Made by a program: the position numbers and the translations under genes
The notes under the pieces: model-generated
The model's input: the letters and a program-made list of their open reading frames with translations, nothing else
The model's database searches: none
Told to the model about the DNA's origin: nothing
In this document: piece by piece, positions 35,200-39,509 of the stretch
Layout of the letters: each line of letters opens with the position of its first letter
Numbering within the stretch: the stretch's first letter is position 1
Origin: an uncultured Pseudobdellovibrionaceae bacterium
Lineage (GTDB): Bacteria; Pseudomonadota; Alphaproteobacteria; UBA2400
Assembly: GCA_964429685.1 (NCBI GenBank)
Contig: CAYSDE010000002.1
Span: forward strand, 1 to 39,509
Length of the DNA stretch: 39,509 nt
Direction of reading: 5' to 3'

Positions 35200-37146
35200 T
35201 TATGAAGCCGTATTCAGCCGGTTTGCAACCAGATCAGCCACCACGGACGGGTCGGCCAGTGTCGAGATGTCGCCGAGACTCTCCTGCTCGTTGGCGGCAA
35301 TCTTGCGCAGGATACGCCGCATGATTTTGCCGGAGCGGGTTTTGGGCAGACCCGGCGCCCATTGCAGCAGATCCGGTGCCGCAATCGGGCTGATTTCATG
35401 GCGAACCCACAGGATCAGCTCTTTCCTCAACTCATCCGTTGGCTCAATCCCGCTGTTCAGCGTCACATAGGCATAGATGCCCTGTCCCTTGATGTCATGG
35501 GGATACCCGACCACGGCGGCTTCCGCGACTTTGGGATGAGCGACCAGTGCGCTTTCAATTTCAGCGGTGCCGAGACGGTGACCGGCGACATTGATGACAT
35601 CATCCACCCGCCCGGTAATCCAGTAATAACCGTCCTCATCACGGCGGCAGCCATCACCGGTGAAGTACTTGCCCTTGTAGGTGCTGAAATAGGTCTGCAC
35701 AAACCGTGCATGATCCCGGTACAGCGAGCGCGCCTGCCCCGGCCAGGAGCGGACGAGGCAGAGATTACCTTCGCAGGGCCCGGTCAGTTCGCGGCCTTCA
35801 TTATCAACAATCACCGGTTCTACCCCGAAGAACGGCTTGGTAGCCGAACCGGGTTTCAGTGCTGTTGCACCGGGGAGCGGAGAAATCATGGCGGCGCCGG
35901 TTTCCGTCTGCCACCACGTATCCACCACCGGGCAGCGCTCATCACCAACCACGCGCCAGTACCACAGCCACGCTTCGGGATTGATCGGCTCGCCGACCGA
36001 ACCAAGCAGACGCAGAGAGGCCCGCGATGTTTTTTTGACCCAGCTCTCTCCTTCGCGCATGAGGGCACGAATGGCGGTGGGCGCGGTATAGAAAATGTTG
36101 ACCTTGTGCTTGTCGATCACCTGCCAGAAGCGCCCCATATCGGGATAATTGGGCACGCCTTCAAACATCAGGGTGGTTGCGCCATTGGCCAGCGGGCCAT
36201 AGACCACATAGCTATGGCCCGTCACCCAGCCCGCATCAGCGGTACACCAGTAAATATCGCCGTCATGATAGTCGAAGACATAGTGGTGGGTCAGAGCCGC
36301 ATAGACCAGATAGCCGCCGGTGGTATGCAGCACGCCCTTGGGTTTGCCGGTTGACCCCGAGGTGTAGAGGATGAAAAGCGGATCTTCGGCATTCATCGGC
36401 TCGGGCGGGCAGACAGAAGAGACGTCGCTTCCCACATCATGATACCAGATGTCACGACCATCAACCCAGCCGATCAGCGTACCGGTCCGGCGAATGACAA
36501 TCACGTTTTTAACTGCCGGACATTCCTCAAGAGCGGCATCACAGCTGTCCTTTAGCGGCACCCGTCGGCCACCGCGCAGTCCTTCATCTGCCGTAATGAC
36601 CAGACAGCTGTTACAATCAAGAATGCGATCCCGCAGGCTTTGTGCCGAAAACCCGCCAAATACCACGCTGTGAATGGCCCCGATACGGGCACAGGCCAGC
36701 ATGGCAATGACAACTTCTGCAATCATCGGCAGATAGATGGTGACGCAATCCCCTTTTTTAATCCCCAGCCCCTTCAGCACATTAGCCATGAGGCAGACTT
36801 CGGCATGGAGCAGGGCATAGCTGATATGGCGGCTTTCCTCGGGATTGTCGCCCTCCCAGATGATGGCAATGTCGTCCGCCTTGGTGGACAGATGGCGGTC
36901 AATACAGTTGTAGGAGACATTGAGAATGCCGTCCTCATACCACTTGATCTCCACACCATCATTGAAATCGCCGCTGCGGATTTTGGTCGGAAACTTTTCC
37001 CAGTGCAGCCGCTTGGCCTGCTCCGCCCAGAACCCGTCCGGGTCCTGCAGGGAATGCCGGTACATATCCTCGTAGCGATCTGCATTGCACCAGGACTCTT
37101 CAGCCAGTTTGGCAGAAACCGGAATAAGGGTTGGCTGATCGGTCAT
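35200..37146 (-). CDS. acs: Acetyl-CoA synthetase
   Basis: 648 aa. [14 protein letters not shown] is the AMP-binding motif, and [24 protein letters not shown] and [12 protein letters not shown] are also present. Confidence 0.93.
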   Translation of the reverse strand: MTDQPTLIPVSAKLAEESWCNADRYEDMYRHSLQDPDGFWAEQAKRLHWEKFPTKIRSGDFNDGVEIKWYEDGILNVSYNCIDRHLSTKADDIAIIWEGDNPEESRHISYALLHAEVCLMANVLKGLGIKKGDCVTIYLPMIAEVVIAMLACARIGAIHSVVFGGFSAQSLRDRILDCNSCLVITADEGLRGGRRVPLKDSCDAALEECPAVKNVIVIRRTGTLIGWVDGRDIWYHDVGSDVSSVCPPEPMNAEDPLFILYTSGSTGKPKGVLHTTGGYLVYAALTHHYVFDYHDGDIYWCTADAGWVTGHSYVVYGPLANGATTLMFEGVPNYPDMGRFWQVIDKHKVNIFYTAPTAIRALMREGESWVKKTSRASLRLLGSVGEPINPEAWLWYWRVVGDERCPVVDTWWQTETGAAMISPLPGATALKPGSATKPFFGVEPVIVDNEGRELTGPCEGNLCLVRSWPGQARSLYRDHARFVQTYFSTYKGKYFTGDGCRRDEDGYYWITGRVDDVINVAGHRLGTAEIESALVAHPKVAEAAVVGYPHDIKGQGIYAYVTLNSGIEPTDELRKELILWVRHEISPIAAPDLLQWAPGLPKTRSGKIMRRILRKIAANEQESLGDISTLADPSVVADLVANRLNTAS

Positions 37147-37258
37147 GAAGAACCTCCTGCGTAGCTACGCGCAGGAACTGTGCGGATTTTTTCTCAGGAA
37201 GTCGAGAGGGATATAATGCTGCAACGCAAGAAACGCCCTGCCGCAAAGTAACCGGCGC

Positions 37259-39253
37259 TCACACATCCAGCCCTTCGGCAAAGCGGGCATTCTCCTGAAT
37301 GAACTGGAAGCGGAGTTCGGGCTTGCGGCCCATCAGCCGCTCGACGAGGTCATGCGTATACTCAGCTTCGTCGGCTTCGTCGGGGCGGGAGCCGTCGGGG
37401 ATGTAGACTTTGAGCAGAATGCGCTTCTTCGGATCCATGGTGGTTTCCTTCAGCTGCGCGGGCTGCATTTCGCCCAGACCTTTGAAGCGGCCAATATCCG
37501 GTTTCTTGTTCTTGAAGTGCTTGGCCAGCAGCTCATCTTTATGTGCATCGTCGCGGGCATACATCACCAGACTGCCATGCGAGAGCCGATAGAGCGGCGG
37601 CTGGGCGAGGAAAACATGACCCTTGGTGATGAGGTCCGGCATCTCGCGGTAGAAGAAAGTCAGCAGCAACGAAGCGATATGGGCGCCGTCGACATCGGCA
37701 TCGGTCATGATGATGACGCGCTCATAGCGCAGTTTCTTGACATCGAAATCACGGCCCGAGCCGCAACCGAGCGCCTGAATCAGATCACCGATTTCCTGAT
37801 TGGCGCGGATTTTCTCCAGCGAGTTGGAAGCCACATTGAGAATCTTGCCCTTGAGCGGCAAAATCGCCTGCGTCTCGCGGTTGCGGCCCTGCTTGGCGCT
37901 GCCGCCCGCCGAGTCACCCTCGACCAGAAAAATCTCGGTGCCTTCGGAGCTGCGCGACGAGCAATCCGACAGTTTGCCGGGCAGACGCAGTTTGCGGGTA
38001 GCGGTCTTGCGCGCCATCTCGCTATCCTGCTTTTTGCGGGCGCGGTCTTCGGCCTTTTCGATCAGGCGCTCAAGCAAAGATTTGGCGGCACTGGTATTGC
38101 TGGTCAACCAGATATCAAACCGGTCTTTCACCGCGTTTTCAACCAGACGGGTGGCCTCGGTATTGGCCAGACGGTCTTTGGTCTGGCCCTGAAATTGCGG
38201 GTCGCGGATGAAGGCCGAGAGCAGGGTAATCGCTCCGCCCATCACGTCGTCCGCCGTAATCGCCGCTGCCCGCTTGTCCTTTATCATCTCGCCATAGGCC
38301 CGCACCGAGCGGGTCAGGGCCAGACGCAAACCGGCTTCATGGGTGCCGCCCTGCGGAGTGGGCACGGTGTTGCAATAGCTGCTGTTAAAACCCTCTTCAT
38401 CATGCGGCCACGCGACCGCCCATTCCACCCGGCCCTGATCATTGCCGAAGGTGGCATTGCCGGTGAAGGGAGTCGGGGTCAGGGTGGCGCGGCCCGCCAG
38501 CGAGGCAGTCAGATAATCGCCCAGACCGCCGGGAAAATGCAGATCGGCCTCGGCGGGGGTGGTGCTGCCTTCAGCGAGCAGCGCGGGGTCACATTTCCAC
38601 GCCACATGAACGCCAGCAAACAGATAGGCCTTGGCCCGCGCCATCTTGTAGAGGCGTTCCGGCTTGAAGCGGATGGAGGTTCCGAAAATCTCGGGATCAG
38701 CATGAAACCGCACAGTGGTGCCGCGCCGGTTATGGACCGGGCCGATATTTTTCAGCTTGCCCTGCGGGATGCCCCGCGAGCAGGTGAAGGCATAAAGCTG
38801 ACGATCCCGCGCTACTTCAACATACAGATCATCCGACAGCGCATTGACCACCGAAATGCCGACCCCATGCAACCCGCCCGAGGTCTTGTAATTCTTGCCC
38901 GAGAATTTGCCGCCCGAATGCAGCATACACAGAATGACCTCCAGCGCCGACTTGCCGGGATATTTGGGATGAGTATCCACCGGAATGCCGCGTCCGTTAT
39001 CGCGCACGGTGACATAGCCATCGGCGCCCAGCTCCAGATCAATGCGGCTGGCATGACCCTCCACCGCCTCGTCCATGGCATTGTCCAGCACCTCGGCGAC
39101 CAGATGATGCAGCGCCGATTCATCGGTGCCGCCGATATACATACCGGGCCGCTTGCGGACAGGCTCCAGCCCCTCCAGCACCTCGATATCAGCGGCGGAA
39201 TAAGAGGGCTCGGCCTTCTTGGCGGCATTGGACTTAAAGAGATCGTTTGACAT
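37259..39253 (-). CDS. parE: DNA topoisomerase IV subunit B (664 aa from ATG 39253)
   Basis: IEVLEGLEPVRKRPGMYIGGTDESALHHLVAEVLDNAMDE, LHSGGKF, SGGLHGVG and the Toprim motif EIFLVEGDSAGG are present. The length lacks the ~170-aa insertion of proteobacterial GyrB. Confidence 0.75.
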   Translation of the reverse strand: MSNDLFKSNAAKKAEPSYSAADIEVLEGLEPVRKRPGMYIGGTDESALHHLVAEVLDNAMDEAVEGHASRIDLELGADGYVTVRDNGRGIPVDTHPKYPGKSALEVILCMLHSGGKFSGKNYKTSGGLHGVGISVVNALSDDLYVEVARDRQLYAFTCSRGIPQGKLKNIGPVHNRRGTTVRFHADPEIFGTSIRFKPERLYKMARAKAYLFAGVHVAWKCDPALLAEGSTTPAEADLHFPGGLGDYLTASLAGRATLTPTPFTGNATFGNDQGRVEWAVAWPHDEEGFNSSYCNTVPTPQGGTHEAGLRLALTRSVRAYGEMIKDKRAAAITADDVMGGAITLLSAFIRDPQFQGQTKDRLANTEATRLVENAVKDRFDIWLTSNTSAAKSLLERLIEKAEDRARKKQDSEMARKTATRKLRLPGKLSDCSSRSSEGTEIFLVEGDSAGGSAKQGRNRETQAILPLKGKILNVASNSLEKIRANQEIGDLIQALGCGSGRDFDVKKLRYERVIIMTDADVDGAHIASLLLTFFYREMPDLITKGHVFLAQPPLYRLSHGSLVMYARDDAHKDELLAKHFKNKKPDIGRFKGLGEMQPAQLKETTMDPKKRILLKVYIPDGSRPDEADEAEYTHDLVERLMGRKPELRFQFIQENARFAEGLDV

Positions 39254-39309
39254 GGGGGCATATATGCCCGCAGATTCGGGGGAAATCAAGCTGTAGCGCC
39301 GATATGCCT

Positions 39310-39346
39310 TCTTCTATTCTCCTTCCCCCGTTTGCGGGGGAAGGTC
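39310..39346 (+). repeat. Partial copy (half-element) of the palindromic element family
   Basis: The hairpin ccttcccccgTTTGcgggggaagg is followed by tcgggatgggggg. Confidence 0.5.
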
Positions 39347-39379
39347 GGGATGGGGGGCATGGTGGTTTAGTCAGAAAAT

Positions 39380-39428
39380 TCAGGGTTTTTCCCCGCATCC
39401 CTCCCCCACCCTAGCCCTCCCCCGCAAG
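39380..39428 (+). repeat. Partial copy (other half) of the palindromic element family
   Basis: tccctcccccaccctagccctcccccgcAAGCgggggaggg resembles the left end of 1667-1774 (ccccctccctaaccctcccccgc...). Confidence 0.5.
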
Positions 39429-39509
39429 CGGGGGAGGGAATTGAGCAGCCTATGCGTATACTGCTCCCCGTTTCGGGCTAGCGTGTGACAAGAGAGTGAT
39501 TGGGCTGCT

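Noticed and set aside
37153-37176. A hairpin (tcctgcg/cgcagga) overlaps the acs Shine-Dalgarno and could be a translational regulator.
   Set aside because: The stem is only 7 bp with an 8-nt loop, and I can see no conservation information. Such short pairings arise by chance in GC-rich leaders.
37259-39289. This could be read as gyrB, completing a dnaA-dnaN-recF-gyrB set.
   Set aside because: At ~664 aa it lacks the large insertion of proteobacterial GyrB. The N-terminal motif GGTDESALHHLVAEVLDNAMDE and the HPKYPGKSALEV segment fit ParE better. It is also 36 kb from recF and next to acs. The start was trimmed to ATG 39253.
39290-39509. The window might be a closed circle, joining recF at position 1 to the region upstream of parE.
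   Set aside because: The 220 bp after the parE start contain only repeat fragments and cannot supply the missing ~180 C-terminal RecF codons. There is no sequence overlap between the window ends.

Overview
This is a 39.5-kb chromosomal window from a moderately GC-rich bacterium, most likely an alphaproteobacterium. The clues are a single-domain 140-aa HprK next to RapZ, a 664-aa ParE, and the style of the DnaA/DnaN/RecF sequences. The backbone is housekeeping: recF, dnaN, dnaA, rpsT, mutM, alr, dnaB, an rluB-like gene, rsmD, hprK, rapZ, a CPA2 antiporter, efp, gltA, acs and parE.

Five things sit on top of that backbone:
1. Two rearrangements in the replication locus. One is a perfect 1347-bp tandem duplication (dnaN 5' two-thirds plus a GNAT gene) with a GGGCGA microhomology junction. 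The other is a 1064-bp-offset partial duplication of recF, whose two 5' ends differ only at third codon positions before diverging completely.
2. A family of ~108-bp nested-palindrome elements. One copy sits in frame inside recF and adds 36 residues.
3. Lower-GC accessory genes: a UDG-fold-like ORF between dnaN and recF, two orphan type IV pilin-like genes (one with a C13 tract in its leader, one frameshifted), a lipoprotein, a 538-aa pentapeptide-repeat protein, and an IS630 relic.
4. An EpmA-Nudix fusion divergent from efp.
5. My top candidate for something undescribed: a 912-codon orphan ORF with two divergent GGDEF-like palm domains (GGDEM and GGGRM signatures). An acidic/basic NLS-like linker splits them, and an SD-preceded 73-codon gene overlaps the ORF's tail.

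I recognised no rRNA, tRNA or CRISPR array. All family assignments come from reading motifs by eye in the supplied translations; no searches were run.
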